Shown in pieces: positions 34,668-45,118 of a DNA stretch of 52,473 nucleotides. Position numbers and translations under genes: made by a program. The notes under the pieces are model-generated. The model was not told where the DNA came from, did no database searches, and saw only the letters and a program-made list of their open reading frames with translations. This DNA is from a virus. Its lineage: Duplodnaviria > Caudoviricetes. How positions within the stretch are numbered: the first letter of the stretch is position 1; every line of letters begins with the position of its first letter. Where the stretch lies: IMG/VR virus record IMGVR_UViG_3300037245_002311, positions 1 through 52,473 of that record. One strand, given 5' to 3'.

Positions 34668-34936
34668 TCGAAGAGCTGGCACGAATCGAGTCGCAGCGGC
34701 AGCGGGCTGAACTCTCGATGCTGCTCACGATCGTGACCGTCGCAGCCGGCGCAGCCCTGACTGGGAAGAAGACCGCTTCGGATAAGCTGCACTCGCTGCT
34801 GACCGATCGGGGTGCAATCCCCGCAGACGAAAGAGACGATGCACGCCGTGAGCGGCGCGCTACTCTCGACGCCGGCAGCGTGAGGCGAGGGGGGGCCCGT
34901 GGGCGTCACGGTCGGCGAGCTGAAGGTCGAATTTGA
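34505..34936 (+). CDS. -1 frame extension of tail assembly chaperone (GT)
   Basis: -1 frame is open from 34505 to 34936 (includes ORF 34718..34936). Confidence 0.65.
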   Translation, partial: GGIVTALLAWDRHGREGGGAGTSGNSRDGLEDAVAIIFARGHSIGEIRSYPPELIEELARIESQRQRAELSMLLTIVTVAAGAALTGKKTASDKLHSLLTDRGAIPADERDDARRERRATLDAGSVRRGGARGRHGRRAEGRI

Positions 34937-37079
34937 CGCTGAAACGAAGCGGCTGAACTCTGGCCTGAAGACCCTCGACAAGAAGCTCAATAGATTCGAG
35001 AAGAAGGCGACCAGGGCGACCGCCGCAGCGACCCGCGGCTTCGCGAAAATGCGGGCCGGTCTCGCGAAGATCGGGCCCCTCGTGGCCGGCCTCGCTGCAG
35101 CCCTGGGCCCGGCATTTCTTCTGCGCGGCGTCAAGAATGCGGCCGCATTCGGCGACAATATCGCGAAGACCGCCGACCGCATCGGCATCGGCACCGAGAG
35201 CCTTCAAGAGCTGGGCTTCGCTGCGACCCAGAGCGGCGTCGATCTCTCAGTGCTGCAGTCGAGCCTGGGCGCCTTCTCGAAGCGGCTCGGTGAAGCTCGA
35301 GCGGGCACTGGGGCGCTGATCACCCAGCTGAAGAAATCGAACCCAGAGCTGCTTGAAAATCTGCAGTCGGCGACCAGCCTCGGCGGCGGGCTCGACCTGC
35401 TCGCCGACTCGATCTCGGGCATGGATTCAGAGCTAGACCAGGCCGCACTGGCCTCGGCTGCATTCTCTCGAGCCGGCCTGGCGATGGTGAATCTGCTTCG
35501 CAAGGGCAGCGACGGCATGCGGCAAATGCGCGCCCAGGCTCGAGATCTGGGCCTGGTGCTCGACGATCACCTGATTCGAAAATCTGAAGTCGTCACCGAT
35601 CAGTTTGACATTCTAAATCGGCAGCTCGGCACGACCTTCAGGCAGATTCTGATCGATCTCGGGCCGCTGGTGGTCGGCGTCTCGAGGCGAATCGGCACCT
35701 TCGCGCAGAATGTCGGCTTCCTGGTCGCGAAGTTTCGCGAGATCGAGAATATCTCGACCGGCCAGATCCAGGCCGAAACGATCGATCTCACTCACGACCT
35801 GATCGAACTACGCTCGCAGCTCGAGAAGGCTCAAGAGCTGGTGGGCGACAGCAGCGTGAACGCCTGGCTGGAAAACATCAGCTCAGCCGGCGGCACCGCC
35901 GAAGAGCGCGTCGCAGCGATCGCGGCCGCGATCGATACCGTGCAGGCGAAGCTCGATCGAGGCGAGGCTGAACTCGAGCGGCGCCGGAAAGCGAAGGCAG
36001 GCTCGACCGGCGACGAGGGCGAGGGCGAAGTCAATATCGACGCCGACGCCCTGCTCGCCCAGCAGAAAGCGCTCGCAGACGCCCAGAAGGCCGGCCTCGG
36101 CGAGGTGCTCGCCCTGCAGCAGCAGCTGCGAAACGAGCGCCTGGCGGCGCTCGATCCTCTGCTCGGTGAGATCGACGCACTCGACCAGCAGATCGCCAGG
36201 CAGCAGACTCTCGTCGTCGCTGAGGGCGACGCAAGCGAGCGCAGGCAGGAAAATCTCGACAATCTGCGGGCCGACCGGAAGGCGCTGCAGACTGAACTCG
36301 AAGATGCGACGCTCGCCCAGGTCGGCCTGCAGGAGCAGCTCGGCCTGGCACTCGACCAGGTCGCCGAGAAAGACGGCGAGCGCGTCGCCCTGATCCTGCA
36401 GGCGCTGCGAGCGCGCCAGGCTGAGGGCCTGGGCATCGCCCAGAATGCCGAAGATCTGAAGCAGGCGATTCTCGACATCAGAGACCTGAAGGGCGCCGGC
36501 GAGGGCGACGAAGACGAGCCCAGCGGGGCCGACAAGCTCGGCGAGTCGATCGCCGGCTCGGTGAGCAGGGGCGCGCTGAGAGGGCTCGAGAGCGCATTCA
36601 GCGGCGAGGGCATCGACTTCGCCGAGAGCTTCGGCGACATCTTCGGCGACATTTTTCTCGACTCGATGCAAGACGTGCTGAGCGAGCTGCAGGATTCGCT
36701 CAGCGACATGATCTCGGAATTCGCCGAGGGCCTGGGCGGGGGGCCTGGGCTCAGCGCTGCGATCGGCGCCGGCATCGGCATCGCCGGCCAGCTCGTCGCT
36801 CGCCAGGTCGCCGGCACTGAGGTGAAGCAGCAGCGCTCTAGGACTCAGAGCGCCGTCACCGGCTCGCAAGAGATCAGGGGCGTCGTCGCGGGCCCGACTT
36901 CGATACCCATCGCCCAGGTCGGCAACGCGATCAGAGACGCCGGCCAGCTGCAGCTCGACGAGTCGAAGAAGCAGACGACCCTGCTCGAGATGATTAACTC
37001 GAAGCTGGGCGGTCTGGGCGGCGGCGGCGGCGGCGGCCTGGGCCTCGATCTCACCGCGAGCCAGGTGCTCGGCGGCTGA
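34899..37079 (+). CDS. Tape measure protein
   Basis: VGELKVEFDAET N-terminus, DNIAKTADRIGIGTESLQEL, helical Ala/Leu-rich 726 aa. Confidence 0.9.
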   Translation: MGVTVGELKVEFDAETKRLNSGLKTLDKKLNRFEKKATRATAAATRGFAKMRAGLAKIGPLVAGLAAALGPAFLLRGVKNAAAFGDNIAKTADRIGIGTESLQELGFAATQSGVDLSVLQSSLGAFSKRLGEARAGTGALITQLKKSNPELLENLQSATSLGGGLDLLADSISGMDSELDQAALASAAFSRAGLAMVNLLRKGSDGMRQMRAQARDLGLVLDDHLIRKSEVVTDQFDILNRQLGTTFRQILIDLGPLVVGVSRRIGTFAQNVGFLVAKFREIENISTGQIQAETIDLTHDLIELRSQLEKAQELVGDSSVNAWLENISSAGGTAEERVAAIAAAIDTVQAKLDRGEAELERRRKAKAGSTGDEGEGEVNIDADALLAQQKALADAQKAGLGEVLALQQQLRNERLAALDPLLGEIDALDQQIARQQTLVVAEGDASERRQENLDNLRADRKALQTELEDATLAQVGLQEQLGLALDQVAEKDGERVALILQALRARQAEGLGIAQNAEDLKQAILDIRDLKGAGEGDEDEPSGADKLGESIAGSVSRGALRGLESAFSGEGIDFAESFGDIFGDIFLDSMQDVLSELQDSLSDMISEFAEGLGGGPGLSAAIGAGIGIAGQLVARQVAGTEVKQQRSRTQSAVTGSQEIRGVVAGPTSIPIAQVGNAIRDAGQLQLDESKKQTTLLEMINSKLGGLGGGGGGGLGLDLTASQVLGG

Positions 37080-37089
37080 AGGGGGGCAC

Positions 37090-37440
37090 GTGATCAAATT
37101 TCTCGACGACTCGACGATCGGCGCCAGCGCGAAGGGCGACTCGATAACCTACGGGCTAGCAGAGACGCTCGAGAAGCTCGAGAAGGGCGACGCCTTCGCC
37201 GGCCTCGAGCTGCTGCTCTGGGGCGTGATCGCCGCCTACCGCGAGCAGACCCAGCTGATGCGCGACCAGGTCGAGCACGTGCGGGGCAACGCACCGAATT
37301 TCGAAACGATCTTCGACCTGGTCGCCGAGAAGCTGCCGGGCATGGTGGACTCACTCGCTGCGACTGGCGGCGGCGACCCCTCGCAGGCGCAAATTTTCCC
37401 GAAGGCAAGCGGCGACGCAGCTGATGACGGGAGTTTTTGA
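37090..37440 (+). CDS. Hypothetical protein
   Basis: GGGGGG RBS. Confidence 0.7.
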   Translation: MIKFLDDSTIGASAKGDSITYGLAETLEKLEKGDAFAGLELLLWGVIAAYREQTQLMRDQVEHVRGNAPNFETIFDLVAEKLPGMVDSLAATGGGDPSQAQIFPKASGDAADDGSF

Positions 37441-39126
37441 ATGTCGCTGAAAGAGATCTCGCGCGTCGACAAAAGCGCTTGGATTCAATCTATTCAAGCG
37501 GCGAGCCTTCTCGGCGATAACGACTCTTTCGCCGAAGCGGCCAAATTCTCGACGATCGTCGTCTATGAGCACTGGCGCGACCAGGTCTGGGCCTCGGTCG
37601 AGTCTGCGGTCGACGACTGGCTGCGCTTCGATCCTCTGATGACGATTCTCGGGTACACCGGCGGCACGAATCGGCACTATCAGACCAGCTTCAGCGGTGC
37701 ACTGGCTCTCGGTGAATACGACCCTGACCTGAGCATTCAACGCTTCTATGGGTACACGAACGGCGGAAATCACCTGATCGAGCACGTCGACGATTCAGTG
37801 CCCTGGCAGCTCGCGAGTCCGAGCTGGTCGACCGATAACTGGCGAGCGGCTGGCGTCTTTCACCTGCTCTCGACGGGCGGCGCAGTCGAAGGCGCGCGCA
37901 CGGTCGGCGCTGGCGGCCTGGTGGTCTTCGAGAATGCCGAGCCCGGCACCTGGCCGGCAGGCTATGCGCTGCAGGCCGACGTCAGCGTGCAAGAAGGCGG
38001 CTCGGTTTACCAGCACGTACTCTGCCAGATCGACCTGGCCGACGAGGGCGGCTCGACGGGCCCCCCAGGCGGAAACGGAAAGGCGCAGATCATCCCGACT
38101 GCAAACTGGTACACCGCGACACCCTCACCGCAGCACCCGACCGCGCACGCTGCGCCGCTCGCCGGCTTCGACGTCGCCTTCGATACGTTGCAATTCGTGC
38201 CCGACGACGACAGCACGATCGCAGCACCGAAAGGCCGGCTTTTCTTGTTCAATAAAAACATCGGCTTTCCTGGTAACAATCAACATCGCGACGGCAGCGT
38301 CGGGCCGTCGACGGGCACCGTCATGAATAAATTCGTGAAGGTGATCGACTGGAATCCAACCGCGAAAGACGCAACGCCTGGCAACGTGAGCCGAATTCAC
38401 CTTCGCGAGCGCCTGCTTTCTCGGTGCCGCTTCGTCGAAGAGCAGACGATCGCGCTCGGCGGAATCGGCATCAGCGCCGGCGTGACGGTCGGCTACCTCG
38501 AGCATCATGGTTTCTATCACCCGCCCAGCGACACGATTCGATTTCGGTTTAATGCAGCCAGCGGCGCGAATGACGGGCTCACGAGCGAGATGGTCTTCTC
38601 GATGCAGCCCGCGCTCGCGAGTCTTTCGACGCCGACGAATCACGGCGAGGCTGAGACGGCGAAGACGATCACCTTCGAAGTGATCGCCGCGGGCGATCTC
38701 GGCGAGCGAATCTCGGCGCTCGACATCGGCTGGGCTCTCGACCGGCGCTCGACTGAAGGCGAAGAGCTGGCAGCGTCGACGCCTGGCGGCACGGTCTTCG
38801 TCGATCATTTCCCGATCGACGGCGTCAGCGCGACCGACTCGAGCCTGGTCGTCTATGAAGACGGCTCGCCGCTCACGGTGACAACTCACTACACCGTCGT
38901 GCTGGCGACCGGCGCGATCACCGGCGTCGGTGCAGTCTTCGATTCGGCCAAGACCTATACCGTCGACTATGAGCACCAGCAGACTGGCGCGCAGCCGCCG
39001 AACGGTATTCTGCGCACGACGCTCAGCACGACCGACGAGAATGGCAAGGCGATCGCTCGAGTCGAAGCACCCGACGACCTGACGATCGTCGGCGAACTCG
39101 ACGCGATCGAAGCCAGCGAGGCCTGA
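37441..39126 (+). CDS. Tail protein with C-terminal Ig-like (Big-1-like) domain
   Basis: Tail module; TTDENGKA motif. Confidence 0.7.
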   Translation: MSLKEISRVDKSAWIQSIQAASLLGDNDSFAEAAKFSTIVVYEHWRDQVWASVESAVDDWLRFDPLMTILGYTGGTNRHYQTSFSGALALGEYDPDLSIQRFYGYTNGGNHLIEHVDDSVPWQLASPSWSTDNWRAAGVFHLLSTGGAVEGARTVGAGGLVVFENAEPGTWPAGYALQADVSVQEGGSVYQHVLCQIDLADEGGSTGPPGGNGKAQIIPTANWYTATPSPQHPTAHAAPLAGFDVAFDTLQFVPDDDSTIAAPKGRLFLFNKNIGFPGNNQHRDGSVGPSTGTVMNKFVKVIDWNPTAKDATPGNVSRIHLRERLLSRCRFVEEQTIALGGIGISAGVTVGYLEHHGFYHPPSDTIRFRFNAASGANDGLTSEMVFSMQPALASLSTPTNHGEAETAKTITFEVIAAGDLGERISALDIGWALDRRSTEGEELAASTPGGTVFVDHFPIDGVSATDSSLVVYEDGSPLTVTTHYTVVLATGAITGVGAVFDSAKTYTVDYEHQQTGAQPPNGILRTTLSTTDENGKAIARVEAPDDLTIVGELDAIEASEA

Positions 39127-39130
39127 TCTC

Positions 39131-40942
39131 GTGGCGATGACCGCCGACCAGATCACCTTTGAACTTTCAGGGGGCGCTGCGAACTCCGACCCGACGCTGA
39201 GCTTCGGCGGCGAGAAGTCGGGCACGCCGATCGAAGAGCTTCAGAGCACGGTCACGACGAACCAGGGCCCCGACCGCTCGATCTTTTTCGACTCAGCCCG
39301 AATCGGCGACGGCGACGGCACGCATGCCGATAAGTGGATTCTTTTTATCACGGGCCCGAATGCGCTCAGCGCTGGGCGAGTGCGCGACTTCCGATCGGCC
39401 GACGGCCGCTTTCAGCTCGAGGGCCGAATGCCGAGCACCGGCGTGATCGGGAATATCTATCGCCTTTTCGACTTGAATTCTCTCTTTCACGAGGTCACCG
39501 CCGAGCAGTGCGCGCTCGGGCACACCGACTTCAGAATGGTGTACGTGCGAAACACTTCGGGCGACTTCGCTTCGAAATATCAGTGTTACTTGAGAGCGCA
39601 CGGCGACGGGCCGAGCTGGGCTGGTGTCGACTTCGAGATCTTTTCGAAGGAAGATCAGAATCCACTCGAGGGCACACCAGCCGACGAAGAGACGCCGCCG
39701 GCAGGGCTCGACGCGATCGAGAACTTCTCGCGCACAACTGCATACTATGGTTTCCCATCGCCGCAGCCTTTCCGGGCGCGCACTCATGCTCAGAATTTCG
39801 CCGGCGGAACGTGGAAAGCGGTCTATCTGAAGCGCATCGTGCCGCTGAATCAGCGCCGGCAGCCCTTCGCGGTCTGCATGATCGTCGTCGAGATGCGCGA
39901 CGCAGGCTCGACGCTCGTCAGCTGCGGTTGCCTCATGCCTTTCGGCCTGCTGGGCTTCACGCCCGAGATCGCACTCAGCCGAGACCGCGGGCCGATTCGC
40001 ACCGAGCAGCAGATCGCTGACGGTTACGACTCGGCGATTCGCGTCGGGCACGGCGCGCGATTCACGGCCGAGGTGAGGTCGCAAGAGACGGGCCTGGTCG
40101 TGCCCGATCTCGAGGTCGGCTGGACGCTCGACGGGCCTGGGCAGCTCTGGACGCCGCCAGGGCCGCTCACCGATTCGAACGGCATCGCGAAGGCGACCTA
40201 TTCGGCGCCCAGCGAGGCGACTGCGACCAGGCAGACGATCACGGCAGGGAATGTTTCGAGTAAAGCCTTCGGGAAATCCGACACCAGCGGCGGGCCTAAC
40301 GCGCACACCGTCGCAGCTGGTGCTGATCGCATTCTCTGCTGCTACGTGCACGCCGGCACCGATGTCGACGGGCCGGCTGACCTGACCCCCTACGGCGGCA
40401 GCGTCTGCACCTATGACGACGACCCGATGACGCTGGCCGCTCGAGCCTTCAGCTTCAGCGGCCTGCTGATCGATCTCTTCTATCTGCTCGACCCTCCGGT
40501 CGGCTCTCACCTTCTCGAATTCAGCCTGCCAGGCGTCGCGGTCGGCATTCTGATGCAGGGGGTTGACTTTTCTGGCGTCGACCAGGTGAGCCCCCTCGAT
40601 GTCGCGCCGAGCGTCTTCGTCGAAGACGACGCAGCCTCGACTGAGATTATTCACCCTTTCACTACAGTGACCGACGGCGCGATGCTCTGGGGCACTGCCG
40701 GAAACGGGCATCCGATCGACCCGACCATGAATAACGGCGCCGGCCAGACGCAGACCGGCGGCGCGACCGGCGGCGACGTGCCGCATGAGACGGCCAGACT
40801 AAAGGCGGGCTACAAGCTGCTAGGCGCAGCAGGGGCTGATCAGCTGCGCTGGTTCAATATCGCCGCCGGCGGCGATCATCTCGGCGTCGCGGTCGCCTTG
40901 CGAGCGGCTCTCACGCCCGCCACTCTCACCGCAAAGGTCTGA
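39131..40942 (+). CDS. Tail protein with Ig-like domain
   Basis: LSGGAANSDP N-terminus; LTDSNGIAKATY motif; start may be 39137. Confidence 0.7.
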   Translation: MAMTADQITFELSGGAANSDPTLSFGGEKSGTPIEELQSTVTTNQGPDRSIFFDSARIGDGDGTHADKWILFITGPNALSAGRVRDFRSADGRFQLEGRMPSTGVIGNIYRLFDLNSLFHEVTAEQCALGHTDFRMVYVRNTSGDFASKYQCYLRAHGDGPSWAGVDFEIFSKEDQNPLEGTPADEETPPAGLDAIENFSRTTAYYGFPSPQPFRARTHAQNFAGGTWKAVYLKRIVPLNQRRQPFAVCMIVVEMRDAGSTLVSCGCLMPFGLLGFTPEIALSRDRGPIRTEQQIADGYDSAIRVGHGARFTAEVRSQETGLVVPDLEVGWTLDGPGQLWTPPGPLTDSNGIAKATYSAPSEATATRQTITAGNVSSKAFGKSDTSGGPNAHTVAAGADRILCCYVHAGTDVDGPADLTPYGGSVCTYDDDPMTLAARAFSFSGLLIDLFYLLDPPVGSHLLEFSLPGVAVGILMQGVDFSGVDQVSPLDVAPSVFVEDDAASTEIIHPFTTVTDGAMLWGTAGNGHPIDPTMNNGAGQTQTGGATGGDVPHETARLKAGYKLLGAAGADQLRWFNIAAGGDHLGVAVALRAALTPATLTAKV

Positions 40943-40946
40943 GCCT

Positions 40947-41564
40947 ATGAGTCTTCGAGTCTTCGAATATTTCGCAGGATCACCAGAGACGGCTGAAGAC
41001 GAGATCGCCTTCGTCGAGCTGGCCTCAGCGGGCGACCCGACCGCGAAGTCGCGGCTCGTTTACCCTGGCAGCCCGCCAGCTCTCAACCCAGTGACCTATT
41101 TCACGAACCCCGACCGGCGCCTCGGCTTCGATAACGACGACGTGATCGTGACGCCGGCGAATACCCTGGTCGAGACGCTCGACGACCAGGTGCTGCTGAG
41201 CTTCGAGCACACCATCGTCGACCGCATCGTCGTCGAGAAGTGGACCGTCGGCGGCAGCAAGCTCTCAATGTCGACGGCCTTCTATCGCGAGCTGCGCAAC
41301 TACCACGAAAACCCGCCCGACCCTGAGGTCGACGGCTTTCTGCAATGGTCGCCTGCGAACCAGAGCACGAAGACCTTCGAAGTGCAGCTCGTGACCCTGC
41401 AGCTCGGCAGTGACTTGCGAAACCCTGACGCGACCGAGTTTCGGCCGATCGGGGGCGACGGCACGAACGCCGGGCCCGACGGCGACCTGGGGGTCGAGTT
41501 TGCCTCGGCTGGCTGGCTCGATGTCGAGGTCGTGCAGACCCTGCGCATCGTCGCGGAGGTTTAA
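40947..41564 (+). CDS. Putative distal tail protein
   Basis: Position and size. Confidence 0.55.
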   Translation: MSLRVFEYFAGSPETAEDEIAFVELASAGDPTAKSRLVYPGSPPALNPVTYFTNPDRRLGFDNDDVIVTPANTLVETLDDQVLLSFEHTIVDRIVVEKWTVGGSKLSMSTAFYRELRNYHENPPDPEVDGFLQWSPANQSTKTFEVQLVTLQLGSDLRNPDATEFRPIGGDGTNAGPDGDLGVEFASAGWLDVEVVQTLRIVAEV

Positions 41565-41566
41565 GC

Positions 41567-43216
41567 GTGGGCCGAAGTCTTCCTGCAGCGCTCGATCAGA
41601 TTCAGCTTTCTCGAGAGCGCCGCGATGCCTGGCGAATCGAGGTCTTCGACCTGAAGTCGAGCACGGGCGACACGATCGGCGACATAGTGCTGGGCCTGAC
41701 CCTCGAGGCGATCACCGGGCCTCGAGACTTCACGGGCGACGTGAAGCAGTTTCACCTGCTCGAGGTCGCCAGCGACTTCGCGACGACCGGCGTCGCAGTG
41801 CCGAGTATCACCCTGCAGGTGATCGATCCGAATGGCGAATTCGACCCAGTCGAAAACCCTGGCGGAAACGGCCGCTGGCTGCGCCGAGGCAACGCCGTGC
41901 GACTCTATGAAGGCGACTCGAGAGTCGACTCGAGCCTCTGGCCCTGCACCTTCACCGGTAAGCTCGTCGGCCAGTATGGGCTCGACCTAAACCGCACCGG
42001 CGGCGGCCGCGCGATCGGCACCATGAAGGGCCTCGGCCGCGAAGCCGACTATCTGAACGTGCCGATTACGACTGACGACTACTCTGCCGGCACGACCCTG
42101 AAGTCGATCGGGCTCGACATCGCCCAGGCCGACATGGGGCTCGATATCGACGAGATCGACTGGGTGAACTGGGGCGCGCAGGTGAACGGGCACCTGAGCC
42201 TGCAATTCGTCGAGCTGCCGCCGCTGGTATCGATCGCGAATCTAATGATGATCGACGGCATGATGCCCAGATTCGACGGCGAGGGGAAGCTGACCCAGAC
42301 GCTCGGCCTGGTCACTCAGAACGCTGATCGCGTCTATACGAACCTGCGGCAGATCGTGAACATCGTGCGCCCCTTCAGCGAAGCGAATCCTGCTAACTCG
42401 GTGCTGGTGATCGGGCTCGACGCAGAGACGACTGAGATCAGCCAGCCCGCGCAGGATCTCACCGAGCTGCACGTGACGACGGGCTATTTCACCCAAGACG
42501 AAGCGATCGAGGTTTTCTGGTCGGAAGACCAGCGCTCAATGGCGAACGGCATCAGCCTGAAGATCATTAAGTCGGCGAATGGCGGCCTGAGCCTGCTCGG
42601 TGGCGGCGAGACCTTCACGACGCTGCCGGCGCCGATCGGCACGGGCACCGTCGGCGCGACGCTCACCATCTCGACGGGCTTCGCGCCCTATATCGTGATT
42701 TTTCTAACGGTCATTTATGTGACACTGGCGGCAGTGCCTGACCTGGTCGCGGCTTTAATCGTCGGCGAGACGATCTCAGTCGGTCGGATCATTCAAGCGA
42801 TCGCGCTGGCTGCGATTCTGATGCTGATGACAAAGATCGGGAAAGGCCAATATATCTTCAGCGGCGAGCCCTTCGAAAACGTCTATCTCGAGCTGCGGGG
42901 CCAGGCTGAACTCGAGGGGCTGACGACCGAGACCCGCAAGCAGATCACCATAAGCAACCAGGTGCTGCAGACCCAGGCCGATGTCGACTCGGTCGCTCGA
43001 AATACGCTCTTCAGGCAGCAGACGCTGGCGGCAACTCGCTCGGCCGAGATGATCGCCGACCTGGCGCTGACGCCTGACGACGTTTTCGAAGTGCCTGGCC
43101 CGAAGCGCTATCAGATTCAGACCTATGAGCGCACCGGCACGAGGGGCTCGGCTGGCACCTTCGCGACTGCCGCTCGGCTGACGCTCAGCGAGCTGACCGC
43201 GGTCGGCTTCGAATGA
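41567..43216 (+). CDS. Putative tail tip/hub protein
   Basis: 549 aa; FDGEGKL, NSVLVIG; internal hydrophobic hairpin. Confidence 0.65.
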   Translation: MGRSLPAALDQIQLSRERRDAWRIEVFDLKSSTGDTIGDIVLGLTLEAITGPRDFTGDVKQFHLLEVASDFATTGVAVPSITLQVIDPNGEFDPVENPGGNGRWLRRGNAVRLYEGDSRVDSSLWPCTFTGKLVGQYGLDLNRTGGGRAIGTMKGLGREADYLNVPITTDDYSAGTTLKSIGLDIAQADMGLDIDEIDWVNWGAQVNGHLSLQFVELPPLVSIANLMMIDGMMPRFDGEGKLTQTLGLVTQNADRVYTNLRQIVNIVRPFSEANPANSVLVIGLDAETTEISQPAQDLTELHVTTGYFTQDEAIEVFWSEDQRSMANGISLKIIKSANGGLSLLGGGETFTTLPAPIGTGTVGATLTISTGFAPYIVIFLTVIYVTLAAVPDLVAALIVGETISVGRIIQAIALAAILMLMTKIGKGQYIFSGEPFENVYLELRGQAELEGLTTETRKQITISNQVLQTQADVDSVARNTLFRQQTLAATRSAEMIADLALTPDDVFEVPGPKRYQIQTYERTGTRGSAGTFATAARLTLSELTAVGFE

Positions 43217-43701
43217 CGACCCCGACGCAGCAACTGCGCGACTTCGTCGCTCGAGAAGTGCGCGCTCGAGGTGAGTCGATCTCGGGCACGGTACTGACGC
43301 CGCCGAAGCTCAAGAATTTCGGCGCCGGATCTTCGCCGGTCTGGGTCGTAGATGTCGCGATCGGCTCGAATCGTCAGCTCAAAAACGTGCCCGTGAAGGC
43401 CGACTCGAGAGGCTCGAGAAATTACGCCGCACTAGAGCAGGCCGTGATCTGCAAGCGGCAGACGGGCGAGAAGTTTCAGGTGATCGGGCCTGGCGATAAG
43501 AAGATCGCGGTCACCGTCGTGAAGACCTATACCGTCGGCGACATTAACCCGCTGGCGACTGCGAATCTCGGTCAGCAGGTGATTCGCCGGCCGTTTTCAT
43601 ACTATCAGGGCGACCTGCCGGGCACGCCGAATTCGGGGCTATGGGGCACGGCTGGGTTTCCGAAAATCGAGACCGTCGACGGCAACGGCGACCCGATATA
43701 A
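43213..43701 (+). CDS. Tail-associated protein
   Basis: ATGA coupling; beta-rich. Confidence 0.65.
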   Translation: MTTPTQQLRDFVAREVRARGESISGTVLTPPKLKNFGAGSSPVWVVDVAIGSNRQLKNVPVKADSRGSRNYAALEQAVICKRQTGEKFQVIGPGDKKIAVTVVKTYTVGDINPLATANLGQQVIRRPFSYYQGDLPGTPNSGLWGTAGFPKIETVDGNGDPI

Positions 43702-43710
43702 GGGGGCGAC

Positions 43711-45093
43711 ATGGGCAGCAAAATCTCGACCGATCCGGCGATCTTCTTCATAAATTTCGATACCGGAAACGCCGCCGGCGACATCGACAGTTATTTGAAT
43801 TACGGCGACGATCTCGATTCTAACTTCGTCGACGTGCGCGACAAATTCAACATTCTAGTTGACGAAGTGAATGCGCTCGGCGGCTCTGGCGCGCTCGTGA
43901 ACTTCGACCTGATCAGCACCGACTCGGCCGGCACGCCTGGCGGCGTGCGCACTTCGGGCCTGATCGGCGCTCACTCTTATGCTGTCAGCATTAACGGCGG
44001 CGACGCTTCTTTTCTCGATGTCACCGCCGGCGTTGCGCTCATTAACGGAAAGCAGCGCGTCGAGAGCCTTTCGCCAGTTTCGCTCGACGGCGCCGCAGCG
44101 ACCCCGATCGTCGGCGTGAACTATGTCGCGCTCGACGTGAACGGCGCCCCATCGATTCAGACCGGCGCCGGCGCGAAGAGCCTCGACGTCGCTTCGGCAG
44201 TTTGGAGCGGCTCGATTTTCACCTCGGTGACCCGATTCGAAAGCTCGGGCACGCAGGTCTCGGGCGATCAGTTTCTCGCGACGATCATGCCCGACGGCGA
44301 CGCTCACCGAGAATTTCTATTTCGCCCGAATATCGGCTCGAGCTGGCAGGACAAAAATTACTATCGGCCGGTCGATCGAATGCTGGCGATCGAGCGCATT
44401 CTGGCCGGCGTCACGACTGACGGCGACGGGCACGCGATCGGGCCGCTCGCGCTCGATGCCGCCTGGCTCGCTGCGGGCGTCGTGAAGCACGAGCGAGGCG
44501 GGCTCGAATTCGACGCCTCTGCGGTCGTCGACGGCGACTTTATCGTCGGCACCGGCGCCGGCGCGATGGGGCTCGAGAGCGGCGCGACGGCGCGCACCTC
44601 GATCGGGCTGGGGCTCACCGATACGCCGTCATTTACCCGGCTTGGGCTCGGGATATTCGCGAGCGCCACGGCTTCCGAGCTGCTCCTGCTCTCGCGAGCT
44701 GGCGACGCCGAGCTGATTCTGGTCGACTCGACCCCGAACGCTCGAGTGGAAATCACCGCAGCCAGCACCGGCCGCCTGGCGACGAACTCAGCCCACGATC
44801 TCGAGCTATATCGAGGCGGCCTCGCAGCTGCGAATCTGCGGGCCGACTTGAATGCGAGCGGCGTCGACCTTTACGATGATGCCGGAAACATCGCCCTGAG
44901 CACGAACACGACCGGCGGCACCCAGGCCGTGCAGCTCGGCATGAGTGGCGGAAAGGTCGGCTTCTTCGCGACGACCCCGATCGCCCTGCCGACCGTCAGC
45001 GGGGCTCGAGATGACCCCGAGGCCGCCCTGGCGAATCTGCTCACGGCGCTCAGCAACCTGGGCCTGGTAAACGACACGACGACAGCGAGCTGA
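43711..45093 (+). CDS. Tail fibre/receptor-binding-like protein
   Basis: Gly/Ala/Ser-rich; ATARTSIGLG; C-terminal KVGFFATTP...LLTALSNLGLV. Confidence 0.7.
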   Translation: MGSKISTDPAIFFINFDTGNAAGDIDSYLNYGDDLDSNFVDVRDKFNILVDEVNALGGSGALVNFDLISTDSAGTPGGVRTSGLIGAHSYAVSINGGDASFLDVTAGVALINGKQRVESLSPVSLDGAAATPIVGVNYVALDVNGAPSIQTGAGAKSLDVASAVWSGSIFTSVTRFESSGTQVSGDQFLATIMPDGDAHREFLFRPNIGSSWQDKNYYRPVDRMLAIERILAGVTTDGDGHAIGPLALDAAWLAAGVVKHERGGLEFDASAVVDGDFIVGTGAGAMGLESGATARTSIGLGLTDTPSFTRLGLGIFASATASELLLLSRAGDAELILVDSTPNARVEITAASTGRLATNSAHDLELYRGGLAAANLRADLNASGVDLYDDAGNIALSTNTTGGTQAVQLGMSGGKVGFFATTPIALPTVSGARDDPEAALANLLTALSNLGLVNDTTTAS

Positions 45094-45118
45094 GATTTCC
45101 TGGGGTAAGCTCGAGCCC

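Noticed and set aside
39326-39334. GCCGATAAG inside a tail gene
   Set aside because: No -35 box; encodes ADK
4443-40786. Long minus-strand ORFs such as 4443..5801, 23557..24849, 35883..37097 and 39293..40786
   Set aside because: Antisense shadows of high-GC + strand genes, with no motifs or RBS
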